NCBI RefSeq assembly: GCF_006345805.1
Contig: NC_043011.1
Span: 61,144,464 to 61,208,463 of the forward strand
Source of the DNA: Octopus sinensis
Lineage: Eukaryota
DNA length: 64,000 nt
Direction: 5' to 3'
The notes below the pieces were generated by a model. It had not been told where the DNA came from. It searched no databases and saw only the letters and a program-made list of their open reading frames with translations. Below are positions 49,561 to 63,140 of the stretch, in pieces. Position 1 is the stretch's first letter. Every line of letters starts with the position of its first letter. The position numbers and the translations under genes were made by a program.

Positions 49561-51727
49561 ATTGAGTAAACATATATGTGTGTATGTGTGTGTGTGTGGT
49601 TCCATACGCAGTATGATGTTTGTATGTATCAATGATTGTTATACGCCATTACTTACTGCTGTATATCGTTCTATAATGTGCTTCTCTGCTTCAATAGTAA
49701 ACTTTCTATTCTAATGCATTCCCATAAAGCATGTCTCAGGTTACAGAGTTTTTGATTACAGGCAGAGCCTTTTTTTTTACTTCCTATAAGAAGTATCAGG
49801 TTTCCTGCATTATGGTGTTCTTGTGGTTGTTGTTTGGTTTCCTAATATAAAGATAGCTTCTTTTTCTGTATAAATGGAATTGAAGATGCACGACTCAATC
49901 TCTTACAAAACTAAGATTATGTTGACGATACTTGTAGAAAGAATTAGAAAATCCTGGCGGGAAAATAATCACGTCTCCATTAACCAATCCCTCCTATTGT
50001 TGACACTAAATCAGGAAATTCTTTAAAATGATGAAAAACTTTTCATGAAACTCATATTTGCTGTTGATGTTATATTTTAGCTAAACAACAAAGCCTCAAC
50101 AACAACAACAATATCCACAACAACAACAACAACAACAATATCCACAACAACAACAACATCAACAGCCGGAGGAAAGCAACATCAAAACAACAATAACAAC
50201 AGCAATGACAACGAATCAAATTCGATATTTTGTTTAAGGTATGTAACTTCGGAGTAACAAAGTTTCTTTTGCGGAGATAAAACTTAATGATTTTTATATT
50301 GTGTTCTAATAGTGATCGAATATCTATAACAAGATGACTCAGATGGACATCTTCTGCTGGCGAAGGCTAATTAATTCCTCCCTGCTTCACTTGTAAGAAG
50401 CGTTCGGGGCTAAGGGGCGAAAGGCTTGTAACTCTGAGATACCTACTGAAGATAGGGAAGTGCTTCTGAGTCGCCATCGCTTTAGTCAGGAGAAATAGCT
50501 TAAAATATCTGTGCAGCGAGAGGATAGAATCGTTTGCCCGCCTTTGCGTTCTGAGTTGCAAATAGGTCGAGGTCACCTTTAGCCCTTCATCCTTTCCGAG
50601 TCCATACCGCCTCATGGAAACCCCTTCTAGTTTCAGCGTTGGGCAAACTCCTCTGATATTTATTTCACCTGAAAGTCAACTGCATCATATTCATTTTTGC
50701 TATAATTATCTTTACTGAAATCTGCATCGCCAAATATAAATAAATAAAAAGAAATTTTTTCCTGTCATTTATTCATACTTTCTCAAGCTTATATGATAGA
50801 AAGCCAAAAAGAAAAAGAAAAAGAAAAAGAAAAAGAAGAACAAATATTTCCCCTTAATATGCACGTATCTGTTTGGGGATTTCTACTTTCTTCCGCTTTT
50901 TCTTTTCTCTTTGTCTAATAAAGAAACATTTGCTTGCTTTGTAACCTACCGCTGCTCTCCATTAATATCAAGAATCATCTGTCTATGAATATAACTTTTT
51001 TCCCCCTTTCCATAAGCGTAGTCTTCGTAGTATTTAGAGTATCAATAGGATAAAGGATATAAGAATATTTCTATATATCACAAAGCAGTTTTGTAGCTGT
51101 TTATTTCCTGTGAAAAATATATCGTATTATAAACTTTTTCCCATGGTTTGGCACAAAGGGTTATATTTTACCGGATAATATGTTAGAAATCGCTACGTTA
51201 ACGCCTTTCATAAACGGTATTAGTGCTGCAAATGTAACTATATGGTTTATCTCAATTCTAGCATTGATGAGAAAACCAGGAAGAATAACATACACACAGT
51301 TACAGAGAAGTTAGATTTGAAACGATTTTCGGTTGAACGACTTATCGTTTTACATATAATGCTAATGTCATTTGCAATGGTATTAACGTGACAATTTCAC
51401 TGAACATTTTTTTCTGTGAAATATAGCCCTTTCAGTTGAAACAGAAGACACCAGTCTTTGAGATTTTGTCTGAGGTACAAGGATAGAATTTAAAGCTGTG
51501 GAGAGTGATTTGATTTTACCGACGCCAATGCTGAGTTGGTACTTTAATTTATCGACCTCGGATGAATGCAATGTAAATTTGATCTGGTCGGGGTTTGAAC
51601 TTGCAAACTAAAGAGATAGAACAAGTTGTGCAAAATATGTTTTGCTGATTCTATAAAGTAAGCAAACAAGCACCAAAAACAAACACATAGATATGTATGT
51701 GTGTATATATATCCATATATACATATA

Positions 51728-52284
51728 CAGGGTGACCCAAACGTATGTTTACAGTTATCTCATAGGCATTTCTTTTAAAACATTCGATTACATCTAAATT
51801 TCTATCTTACAATCATATTTTTTATGCGCATTTTAAACAATGTTTAATCTCTGAGATGCTCAAAACGTCCTCTTTCAATATTGCAACATTCTTCAAACCC
51901 CTTCACAACATTCTGACACACAGTGCGGCACAAATCCCGATCTCCATCAATTTCAGTGAATGCGTCAGAAATGTAATGTTTTAATCCATTTACTGTTTTG
52001 GGATCTTTCTCATAAACCTTGTTCTTTACAACCCCCACCCCCCAAGAAATCTATTGGTGTCAGGTCAGGTGGACGTCGTGGCCATTCGATGCTGCCTCGT
52101 CTTCCAAACCAACGCTGTGGAACGGCTTGGTTAAGGTAGTTTTGTACTGACAACGCATAATGTGGAGGTGCTCCATCTTACGGAATAACGGTTTCATATT
52201 TTTTATAATTAAGATCCAAGCCATCAATATATGAATGCGAAAGAGACTGGAGAATAACTGTAAACCTACTTTTGGGACACCCTA
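51728..52284 (-). mobile_element. Internally deleted Tc1/mariner-superfamily element
   Basis: TIRs cagggtgacccaaacgtatgtttacagtt / aactgtaaacctacttttgggacaccct with TA flanks. Remnant DGAPPHYA...GSIEWPRRPPDLTPIDF...GVVKNKVY...GRFEHL. Confidence 0.92.
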
Positions 52285-52287
52285 TAT

Positions 52288-52330
<43 letters not shown>

Positions 52331-52341
52331 TATATATTATA

Positions 52342-52397
<56 letters not shown>

Positions 52398-53684
52398 GCG
52401 TGTGTGTTCGTGCGTATGTGTGCATGCGTGGGTGTGCGTATTTATATATGTATACATGATATAATTGATATATGTGTATATATGTATATGTATGTATATG
52501 TTATACACATAAAAAGGGTAACAGATACTTATATATTTATTTCTGGGTTAGCAAGGCTACCATTGGTTTCATCCCGAAAGAAAATATCAAGTCTGCCACA
52601 TGAAACGTTAGAATTCGTCTCCATCTTGGCCGAGAATACACTAAGATACACACACACTCGGCATGGAACCAACAATTAAAGAATATTCATCCATCAATGC
52701 GGTATCGAGAGCTAACTCACACACTTTGATATTAGAATATATAAGCACACACACAAACGCACGCAGACATGCACGCGTGCACATACACACAAATGCATGC
52801 GCGCATACTACAGAAATTCTACAGAGTTTCCGTCGACCATTTTCAATCCGAAATCATTGGTGAGCCATGGCTAAGGTAGGATATGGTTGGGTAATGGGAT
52901 TCAATGTAAAATATTTGCGAAGCTACTTATTTTTGAAGCCACACAACCGAGCCTGTAGCTCCTCAGTTAATCTGCGTGGACAAGAAATAAAACTAAATCA
53001 TGATGTTCATAGACAGGGGATTTCGATATCCATAGACACATATTTATCAGGGATAAACTTGGGAAGCGAGGAAACATTTTATACGAAAAAGAAAAAAGAA
53101 AAAATGGAAAAAAAATCGTATTTGTCTATTATCTCACTATGTACTCTGGTGATAAACGATAAAACCCAAACATATATAAAGGTAGTGAAAGCAAATGTTT
53201 ATATCACATAAACTCGTGAAAATATCAGAACAAAATGTTGGAAAATAAAAGAAAGATATTTTTTTTATTTATCATTTTTGATAAAGCACAATTCTAGGAA
53301 TGATAATTATAACAAAAACGTGCATAGTATTTCGCAATTGCCTTTCAGAGTAAAATATACACAAAAGAATGAGAAAACATCGTTATTCAGTGACAGTTTG
53401 AATTGTGGCATTTAAACAAGAGATATAAATCTCATAAAAGGAATTCATGCATGTGGAATTTAGGTGTTTTGTGCAGAGATGCAAAAAGGAAGCCTGTAGC
53501 TTCTGTTTGCGATATGCATTACAAGCTAATGCTTTAACGCAATTTTCTTATATTCTTCGAGTTCTTTCGTTTCCAGGAATCTCATTCTTCATTTCAAAAT
53601 GTCTTTCAGAATATTAACATATACCTGATGATGATAATTAATGATTTCATACGAAAATATAGTTCCGCACTTGTATAACTGACA

Positions 53685-53943
53685 CTACGTCGGTTACGAC
53701 GACGTGTTTTCCAGTTGATCCAATCAATGGAACAGCCTTCCACGACACGGGAACCCGTAACATAGTTTCCAGGATGATACAGCATGATTCAGAAATATAG
53801 ATGCTGGTCAATTTTAGCAGCTGAGTAGATTGGGAAAACGTGAAAAAAATATATCTTACTGAAGGACACAAATCGCCGCCGGGAATCGAACTCATGATAT
53901 TAAGTGAACCGAAAATCCTAACCACTTAGCCATGCGCCTTCAC
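53685..53943 (-). mobile_element. SINE family C, diverged
   Basis: Minus strand gtgaaggcgcatggctaagtggttagg...gagttcgattcccggcg; 3' cgtcgtcgtaaccgacg. Confidence 0.75.
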
Positions 53944-54329
53944 ACTTCCATATTTATAGGAAAGCATATAATGAGAAGATGTATAACACTCTGTTGCGGC
54001 GTAGAGTAAGTATTCACAACAAAACGAATATATCATGTTATCGTTAGGAGTGAATTTATTTATTTTGCTTTCTAAATCTTCATTAACGAGATAAAATAAT
54101 AATGATAAAGAAAGCAAGCTTATATCCAGATTATTCATCAAATATTGCCATACTACTGGAAAAGATTAAGAAGTTTTAAAATACCTTAACCGTATTAAAA
54201 GTAGGAATATATAATTTATCTGTTTCCTTTCAATAACCATAGGCACCTTTTGGTAGCCTAATGCATATATGGGACAACGAAAAATTCTAAGTTCAAATTG
54301 CTTCGGATACTTTACACACACATACTTAA

Positions 54330-54409
<80 letters not shown>

Positions 54410-54460
54410 TTATCTGTCAGTCTATCTATACACCTATATATATATATATATATATATATT
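54330..54460. repeat. (TATC)n then (TA)n microsatellite
   Basis: Direct inspection. Confidence 0.95.
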
Positions 54461-54769
54461 CATTGAAAAGTGCATGGGTTACAATTAAAAGGTTGCAATC
54501 GAATAAATTTATATTAAAATTCGGCAAAAGAAAACACTTCTAAAATATTTTCATGACAAAATGCAATATATTATTTACATTTTTATTTCAATAAGCTATC
54601 GGTTTCAAGAGCTTACGATCATTTAATGATGCTGAAATAAAAAAGGAAATAAATTTTAATTAATTAAATTATTTTGAATTAATCTCTCATGATATCATTT
54701 TTCGAAGCTCACGTTTTCTTTTTTACATGTAATGACGTCATGACGCTGGTGTTTCGATTTTTTTTCTCT

Positions 54770-54928
54770 TAATATTGAGGGAAAGGAGCAAGTCGATAAT
54801 GTCAGCTTCAATACCTCACTGGTCCTTTCATCGACCAGCGGAATTTGAACTCAGAACGTAGCGGCAGACGAAATACCGCTAAGCATTTCGTCCCGTACGC
54901 TAGTGATTCTGTCAGCTTGCCGTCTTCA
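54770..54928 (-). mobile_element. SINE family A, internally deleted
   Basis: gcggaatttgaactcagaacgtagcggcagacgaaataccgctaagcatttcg. Confidence 0.8.
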
Positions 54929-55750
54929 TATCTTCACAAATAATGAAACACCTGTTAACGGAAGGATATCAAACATTCGGAAAAGTAGTGCAGATATATG
55001 TATTATAACAAATTTCATCTCCAAATAAAACATTAATAGTCCGGATGTTCCCAGTATTTCCTGCTAGCCTTAGGTTTTGATATTTAATCAAGATTTATGA
55101 TATTCACAACTAACGCATGACCATTAATTACTGATATAACACAATTTCAGATTATATCCACTGAATTAGATACCGGAGCCAAAGGCGGTGCTTCTAAGCA
55201 TCGATTAGTTTCCTAGAAATATAATTATATTTCATTCAGTTACCGTTTAGAACACAGATTTGGAGTTAAAATCATAATATCACTAAGACAAATAAATACT
55301 TTGAGTACTGATTTTTCCAGTTGCCCAAACCAAGATGTACTCCTCATTGGGGCACCAGGAATCTGTGCCGCATCGCCTCACGCATATCGTCATTTTCATG
55401 TTGTATGTCACAGATAATAGCTCAATAGCTCTAGTATTGTCTTCTTCTTGTCGTTCTGAATACAACATTCAATATAGCCTGGTGTTCAGCACGTGAGTAT
55501 TGGCCAGAAAAAGCCTATTCCGTATTTAGCAACAACAGTAAAGACGAGCGGGAGTCTGTTCATATCTTTCCTCTTTTCTTCGTGTTCGGGATATGACATG
55601 TTTTGAGACATATGGACTGCCTGATCTACCAAAAACATCAAGGCAATCGTCTGGCTCTTACTTTATAGCAAATTGTTTCTTGTATGAAGTGTTCCAAAAC
55701 AATCTATTTACGTTTTAATAAGCAGGCGTGGCTAGACGCAGGCGCTACTA

Positions 55751-55912
55751 GGCGCAGGCGTGGCTGTGTGGTAAGAAGCTCGCTTTGCAACTGATACCGG
55801 GTTCAGTCCCACTGCGTGACACCCTAGGCAAGTGTCTTCTACTATAGCCTTGGCCCGACCAAAGCCTTGTGAGTGGATTTGGTAGACGGAAACCGAAAGA
55901 AGCCCGTCGTAT
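55751..55912 (+). mobile_element. SINE family B, 5' half ending in its internal (TA)n
   Basis: ggcgcaggcgtggctgtgtggtaagaag...gggttcagtcccactgcgtgacaccctaggcaagtgtcttctactatagcc. Short stutter copies of the first bases lie upstream (55721-55750). Confidence 0.85.
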
Positions 55913-55953
55913 ATTATATATATATATATATATATACATACACATATATATAC

Positions 55954-56001
<48 letters not shown>

Positions 56002-56135
56002 ATATATATATATATAAACAAATTCAAAATGCGATAAATAAAATTAATTATTTTCGCTGGTGTTTCTAGCACCGGCCATATATTATTCATATATAAGTAG
56101 ATTAAAGCCGAAGTATGTACTAGAAACACAGAAGC

Positions 56136-56193
<58 letters not shown>

Positions 56194-56312
56194 ATATATA
56201 TATTAAACAGAGTTAAAACATCGAAGATTATATTTGCTTTCATATAAATATAAATTTGATATTAATATTTATTGAGTAACCACTACTATTAACCCCTACG
56301 CCATATGCCCAT

Positions 56313-56607
56313 GGGCATATGGCGTAGTGGTTAAGAGCGCTGGCTGCTAACCCCAGGATTCCGAGTTCGGTTCCAAGCAATGACCTGAACAATAATAATA
56401 ATAATGATAATAATAATAATAATATCGGAAATTACCTTAGGAATGAGAACGAAGGTTTGAAATTTCCCCAAGACACCTGATGAAGGCTGGAGAGTATATC
56501 AACCAAAACGTAGTGTTAACAACAAACAAGATGAGGAAAGATATCCGTCAAATGTAAATAATGTAATTAAAGTACATAATTCCCCATCTTTTAAATACAG
56601 AACTGTA
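56313..56607 (+). mobile_element. Full-length family H3: tRNA-derived head + (AAT)n + hammerhead + tail
   Basis: A box tggcgtagtgg (56320-56330), B box gagttcggttcc (56363-56374), (AAT)n spacer, HHR at 56472-56517 (G12A mutated in this copy). Body matches 48462-48682. Confidence 0.85.
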
Positions 56608-56689
56608 TTATAACACAGATGTAGCATTTATTTAACGATTGTGATTGTACATGTACCTGAAGCTGACATGTGGTAACAATTACCACTTT

Positions 56690-56792
56690 ATGGGGCCAAT
56701 ATTTCGGAAGAGGGTCGAATAACTGGTTTAGGGCCTGGAATTTTCTGATCATAAAAAATGTGCCCGAAGGCGAAAAAGGTTGAGAACCGCTG
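56690..56792. mobile_element. hAT (Charlie-like) MITE end
   Basis: aaaaggttgagaaccgctg is the reverse complement of the typical CAGCGGTTCTCAACC TIR. The partner end was not found. Confidence 0.5.
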
Positions 56793-58305
56793 CTGTAAAT
56801 ATCTCTTGGTTTAACGACATCACGTGGTTCTTGGACGTTTTTATTAGAGTATACTCTATAGGAAATCGATCGGATCATGTGTCTGGCCTGTGTATAATTT
56901 CATTTCTTCTCCCTATCGGTCTGGAAGATCCTGAAAAGGCCGATGACTCTTGCCCTTCCTCTACTGATTAAGCCATTAATAAAAGTGCAATGCAGAAAGC
57001 GATTAAATTTCGTTCACCACATGCTCAAAATATGACATTAGCAATAAACTTTATAAACCTCCAGAAGGGCTTGCTGGTGATAGAAAAAAGGTAAAAAAAT
57101 TGTATTATTTTATTTGAGTTTCAACGCTACCACATGAAGCATTCAATACTCTGATCATTTTGTTCGTTTAGGTATATCTAAGACAGTTTCATCTTAAGTG
57201 TTCCTTTCGTAATTAGTCAGGTGTAGTCTGAGGGAGATTGGTCACTATTTCTAGCATATCACTTATCCCAATAGAGGCTCCTACCTCGACTCCAACTTGC
57301 TAATTGGCTCGCAAATGTCCGTGTTCATACGTATGGTGTCTGTTCCTTTTCTCATAGAAGAGACAGGAAATTGGTTTGACTAATTTGGCCAGAGAATGTG
57401 GATTTTTGTGAGATAGGAAGTTAGTTGAAGACACGTAAATATTGCGCAGATGTTAATAAAGTTTCTTCTTTACAATAAATATTATATTCACCACTCATGT
57501 AGTACAATCATTTGATATTAATTCATTTTTATGTTTTTCTTTTCTTCGCATGTTCTTCTTTCCTCTTTCACTCTTCTTCCTATCCTCTTTCTATATTTTC
57601 TCTACATCCAATCAAGCATTACTGTCTTCTATATCAATTACTTCGATGCTTCGCTATTCTTCTACATAACTACATCTCGTTTCTCACGCCCCTCAACAAT
57701 TTGGCTCACTCTTACCTCTTCCAAGCTCAACTTTTCTCGATTTCTTTCCTGCCACCACACATAAATGTCTCTCCTACCACCTCTAACAACACATCCTTTC
57801 CATTCACCTCTCACTTCACCTCTTCCTCTCCAATATCCTTTGCACCTTTCTTCTTCTTTACTTCCTATCAAACCTTTTATTCATTTCACTGTATTTCTCT
57901 CGCTTGTCTTTCACCTCAGATGTTGTCTCACATACTGAGTAGAAAACCTCCGATTAACTGAAATTAGCTAGGCAATTAGTAGATAAAATCTCCTTCTAGA
58001 TGTGTTCAAAACCTAAATATAACATAGGAAATGTCTTTTCCTCAATATTCAGGTTTTGGAAAATAAGGAGGAAGTAGATTGCAACGGAACTTTTCTTTAC
58101 AGCATACTGAAAAAACCAATTGACATCATTTAGACTTTTAGCGAAATATAGTCTACTCAATACAGATATATATATATATATGCATATGAATGTGTGTGTG
58201 TGTATGTGTGTATGTGTGTGTGTGTGTGTGGTGTGTGTGTGTGTGTGTGTGTGTGGTTTGCATGCACATATACATAATATATACAGAGTTGGCCAAAAGT
58301 CACCT

Positions 58306-58695
58306 GTCCTTTTCTACTCTAGGCACAAGGCCCGAAATTTTGGGGGAAAGGGTCAGTCGATTAGATCGACCCCAGTACGCAACTGGTACTTAATTTATCG
58401 ACCCCGAAAGGATGAAAGGCAAAGTCGACGTCGACGGAATTTGAACTCATAATGAAATACCTATTTCTGTATTACCTACAAGGGGCTAAACACAGAGGAG
58501 ACAAACAAGGACAGACAGACGGATTAAGTCGACTATGTCGGCACCAGTGCGTAACTGGTACTTAATTTATCGACCCCGAAAGGATGAAAGGGAAAGTCGA
58601 CCTTGGCGGAATTTGACCTCAGAACGTAGCGGCAAACGAAATACGGCTACGCATTTCGTCCAGCGTGCTAACGTTTCTGCCAGCTCGCCGCCTTC
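58306..58695 (-). mobile_element. SINE family A dimer (complete unit plus head-less unit with a different 3' tail)
   Basis: Units 58462-58695 and 58306-58461. Junction gaaatacc|tatttc. Confidence 0.9.
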
Positions 58696-59104
58696 CAAAA
58701 GTGACCTGTCAGTAAATCAAAAAGAAATGTAATTCTAGGATCAAAAACAGAATATTATTTTATATGAGACTTCGCTAATAAATAAACAAAACCTGAAAGA
58801 AAAACCGGTAATTTTAAGTCGCAGCATTCAATTAATAAACATTCATAATTGGAATGAATTGTAACGAACGAGTGAAACGGCTTCTCTTGCAATTTGGGAG
58901 TGCAAGTTGGTGCAAACACTATCCGTTGCTTTAATAATCCAGATTCTACCAGTCAGAAACAACAAGACGCAGACGTAAAAAATATATATCTACTTTATTC
59001 TCTTATGACAGTAACAAATATGTGGTGTATCTGGTATCCCTTTGGTATGGATGTGTCTCAGCTGAACTTTATCGCTGTAGAATTTACAGCGTTCAAATGC
59101 TAAC

Positions 59105-59432
59105 GACACTGGTCAAAGATGGCGTCCGGAGAAAGGAAGATGAGGAGGTCGGCAACAAATGCTGGTTAAAAGTCTTTTGGTAAAGGCTGCTGCTATGTCA
59201 AGTCCGGAGAGAGAAAGAATTCACGTCCTGTTCCTTCGAAGGCTGTGTCTCAAGTCACTGCCTGCTGCTGCTATCACTCCGGACCCCTTTAAGGTTCACG
59301 CTCCCCTGCCTCGCGGCTAAACTGCCACGTAGGCAAATGGTCCTACTTCCGGTGGTGAAAGCACCAACTCCGCACGCGCGAAATAGAAATGGACGGTGCG
59401 CGAGCGCGCGCCGTTGTATAGGATCACTACAG
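59105..59432. promoter_or_regulatory. GC/CpG-rich island with promoter-like motifs, or the end of an unclassified element
   Basis: YY1-like aagatggcg (59116-59124), ETS-like acttccgg (59345-59352), CpG run tgcgcgagcgcgcg (59397-59410), in an otherwise AT-rich window. Confidence 0.3.
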
Positions 59433-60061
59433 AATAAATATAATTGAATATCAAGTATTTATGGAATTTTGATTTACTGTCGGGTTACTTTTGACCAAAC
59501 CTGTATATAATCCCAGCATGGCCACAGTCTAATAACTGAATCAAGTAAAAAAATATATATATGCATATATATATGGCTGACAAATGTTAACTAAGGGAAC
59601 CCTTCTGTCTGCCTTCGTCAAAATACACCATCGTTAAAGTGCCACCTACAGGAATCGAACCCTTTTTACATTCGTGGATTAAATTCCTAATTACTTACCT
59701 GTTATTCACTAATTATTGGGTTCAAACACAGTATAGTTTTCACATGACGGTAGAGATGTTGCTTCGTTCGTTCGATTTAAATCGTATCAACGAACGAACA
59801 TCCGAGCCGTCGTGCGAACTGCATCAAAAGTCAGCGAAATCTCACTCAAGTCACGTTTCATCAGGATAATGGTTGTTGTATAATATATTTGGAGATAATG
59901 AAATAAGCAGTAAAGATTCCACAATATTGAGGATGGTCTGCATCAGTATTCAGTAAGTATGAACAGTTCGAGATAAGGAATAAATTGGTTTGCTACCACC
60001 AGAGCCACCACAGACACCACTAAAACTAGCACCACCACCACCACCACCATTACCAGCAGCA

Positions 60062-60265
60062 GTAGCAGCCGTCCAAGAATTTGGATCTGGAGATCTCCAT
60101 TTCCAGCAACTTCGAGGGCCACCTCCCAGTGGTGACGGGAGTCAACGAAGAGCCCTCGACTACAAGACGACCAAAGTTTTTTTCAAGGTCTGGGTTCTCC
60201 CGCCCCTAAGCCCTAGACCATCACCTAATCACCCGTACCCGTCTTGTTGCTTAACAACAACAACA
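60062..60265 (+). mobile_element. Probable 3' end of a HERO-like RLE element with structured 3' UTR and (AAC)n tail
   Basis: SSRPRIWIWRS resembles the terminal W-I/L-W motif. Hairpins TCGAGGGC/GCCCTCGA and GGTCTGGG/CCTAGACC. It lies within CAC/CAG/CAA triplet repeats. Confidence 0.45.
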
Positions 60266-61179
60266 ATAGCAGCAACAGCAACAGCAGCAGCAGCAGCATG
60301 ACCACCATCACTACCACCACCATCACCAATTTCACGTTCAGTTCCAGTAGCAGCAGCAGCAGGGGCCATAATCACCACCAACACCAACACTATCACAAAC
60401 ACCTCCAGCACCAGTAACAGGAACAGCAACTCTACCCCCTCTGCACCACCACCACCAATAACAACAGAAACATTTATTCAAGTCACTGACAGAGCTTCCC
60501 CAAGCTCAGCTGGAATGCTAGAAATAGTTACCAAATCCTCTTGTTTTAGAAATCGAAGTTTTGAATAATGTGGTATTGGGTCCTGTGCAAACCGGAATAT
60601 GACAGGATGGTCACAGCTGGAAAGTATTCGATCATAAGACCGCTTTATCTCGAGCCAAAGAAAGAACTGGGCTAAAAATAGCAGCCAAACCTCTCCAAAG
60701 TCTCACTCTTCTCATCTAAAGATATCAAAAAAGAGAAGACAAAAGGATGGACGAAGTAAATCCTGAATGCATAAAGTATGAGTATAAGGAGAGATGGCCG
60801 CTAATGGAGCGGCCTTGATCATATATCTGCTGAATCAAAGCTAATTTGATCCGAAGCTAAACAACAACAGCAGCAACAACGATATTTTGCACCTGAATCA
60901 GATAAAGCATTCTGGTTCTCCATAAAAAAGGTGTATACGACAAGAGAGAAGGAAGACCTAATAAAATAGAAAACACAGAAGGAAAACGGAGAAGAGAAAT
61001 GCGTAAACACGACCAGGAGTTGCAATAATTGGTTATGATTCTCTTATTCAACTGTGTCGCTTTGAATTCTCAACCCACGCTTGTGTTCGACTGGCTGAAG
61101 GCCATTACGTATATTTATATAACTGGATGATGTTTTTTTCTTCTCTTTCTTTCTTTAGAAGAGGGTAATAAATAAAGAA

Positions 61180-61201
61180 GATGATAATAATGATAATAAT
61201 A

Positions 61202-61244
<43 letters not shown>

Positions 61245-61246
61245 TT

Positions 61247-61279
<33 letters not shown>

Positions 61280-61314
61280 GTGGTGGTGTGGTGGTGGTGG
61301 TGATGATGATGATG

Positions 61315-61372
<58 letters not shown>
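61180..61372. repeat. Compound (AAT)n/(GAT)n/(GGT)n array
   Basis: Direct inspection. Confidence 0.95.
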
Positions 61373-61730
61373 AGACGTAATTTGTTGCAAGAGCGGATTG
61401 TGGAAAAGAGAGCCTCTAGCTGATTTGATATGTGTGTGTGTATGTGTGTATGTGTGTGTGTGTGTGAGTGTATGCGTGTATGAATTTTCGTATATGTGAT
61501 ACATATATAATTGTATATATATATATATATATAACATGCATCTATATGTGTGTGTGTATAAACGTAGCTAATGTGAGTATATAATATATTATATATATAT
61601 ATATATTATATATATGTATATATAATATATATATATATATATGTGGGAATAAATACAGGTAGGTAAGTATCGAATGTATTCATGTGTGCGTTGTGTATAT
61701 AAATACACACACCCGCGCGCATATATATAT

Positions 61731-61765
<35 letters not shown>

Positions 61766-62594
61766 ATATATTCTGTAAATTTAAGACATGGTTGCACATA
61801 GATGGACAATATTGCAGAAACTTGTACAGCCTTACAGGTTTACCTGCATGCTCATAAAATAATTTTGTCTCATAAGTAACTCAGACACACACGCGCACAT
61901 ATACATAATACACACACACATACACACACACACCCATATACATAATACACACACACACATATATATGTGTGTATATATATATATACATAGATACACACAT
62001 ATATATATATATATATATACACACATACACTTGTCAGTGTGTGTCATGTACTTTCCTTGTCTTGTTTCAATTTTTTTTGCCTCTGTTCACGACATTTGCG
62101 AGGAAATTTTATTGTGGTCTGTATGCTCATTATCATAATTCTACGCCAGCTGAAGCGAAATTCTTCTATCGATAAATGTAATGTCTGATGTTTGCGCACG
62201 TAACCAGAATGGAAGAGTCACATGAGGATTTGGACAGAACAGTATTGAAACCTGAAGCACACAACACATATATACACACACACACGCATGCACTCTGGCG
62301 CACGCACACATACACACATATTGTGTGTGTATATATGTATATATATATAAATAGATATAGTATATATATATTATATATATAATATCTATATATATCATGT
62401 ATATATATATACAGTAATAAAAAATAAAACATATGCATAATATAAACATATACTACGTCCCTACCTCTACATGTACATATACACGCATATATGAGTACAG
62501 GACACCAATGGACGTCGAACACAATGAGAAACGAAAGCATAGGCACACACCAAAGGAACTGGACATTGTTTTTAAAACAATAAAAAATAGAGTA

Positions 62595-62627
<33 letters not shown>

Positions 62628-62859
62628 ATATATATGGGAATGAAGATGTATGTGCATGCATAGATACTAGATCTATCAATTCATTAGATGAAGCTATGTT
62701 TATCAAAAGGAGTCAATACGGTGGAGTATAAATGTTTTCTGTGCAGTGAAATGCCTTATGTGAGGTTACGCTTCTCACTACTCAGCGGTTCGAGAGTAAA
62801 TTGTCAGTAAGAAGTCCATACGTAATGAATATGTGTGTGATTTGTAGGAGGAAATGGTT

Positions 62860-63140
62860 GAGTCATGCTGGCCTGGTCAGATTCCAGAGAACTCAGGGGA
62901 ATCAACCGTTTGTTAATTGTGATGCTGCTATCATTCACAACGGAGCATGAACACCCTGTGGAATGGTGAGCTGCTCAGTTGGAGAATTAAAAAGGCATGA
63001 CAAAAGAGTCCCTTCTGCCAGCCAGCATAGCTGTGCATTATGCAATAGAATGGGCAAATGTTTGGCCAGGCCCGAGAGTCATGCAGGAGTCTCACATTGC
63101 ATCATCACTGACTCATTTCAAGGATTCTTTCTAACAATCG
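62860..63140 (+). mobile_element. Decayed RTE-clade LINE 3' end
   Basis: HSCALCNRMGKCLARPESH resembles the RTE C-terminal C2H2 finger (C-x2-C-x-R-x-C-x-S-x2-GL-x-SH). Confidence 0.45.

Noticed and set aside
50330-50480. Possible RTE 5' UTR or ribozyme fragment
   Set aside because: Only a vague resemblance (tcctcc...ggggcgaaaggcttgtaac), with no supportable structure or ORF.
55290-55700. Complex stretch that might be an exon or transposon coding remnant
   Set aside because: The frames I translated contain stops and no recognisable motif. It needs BLASTx.
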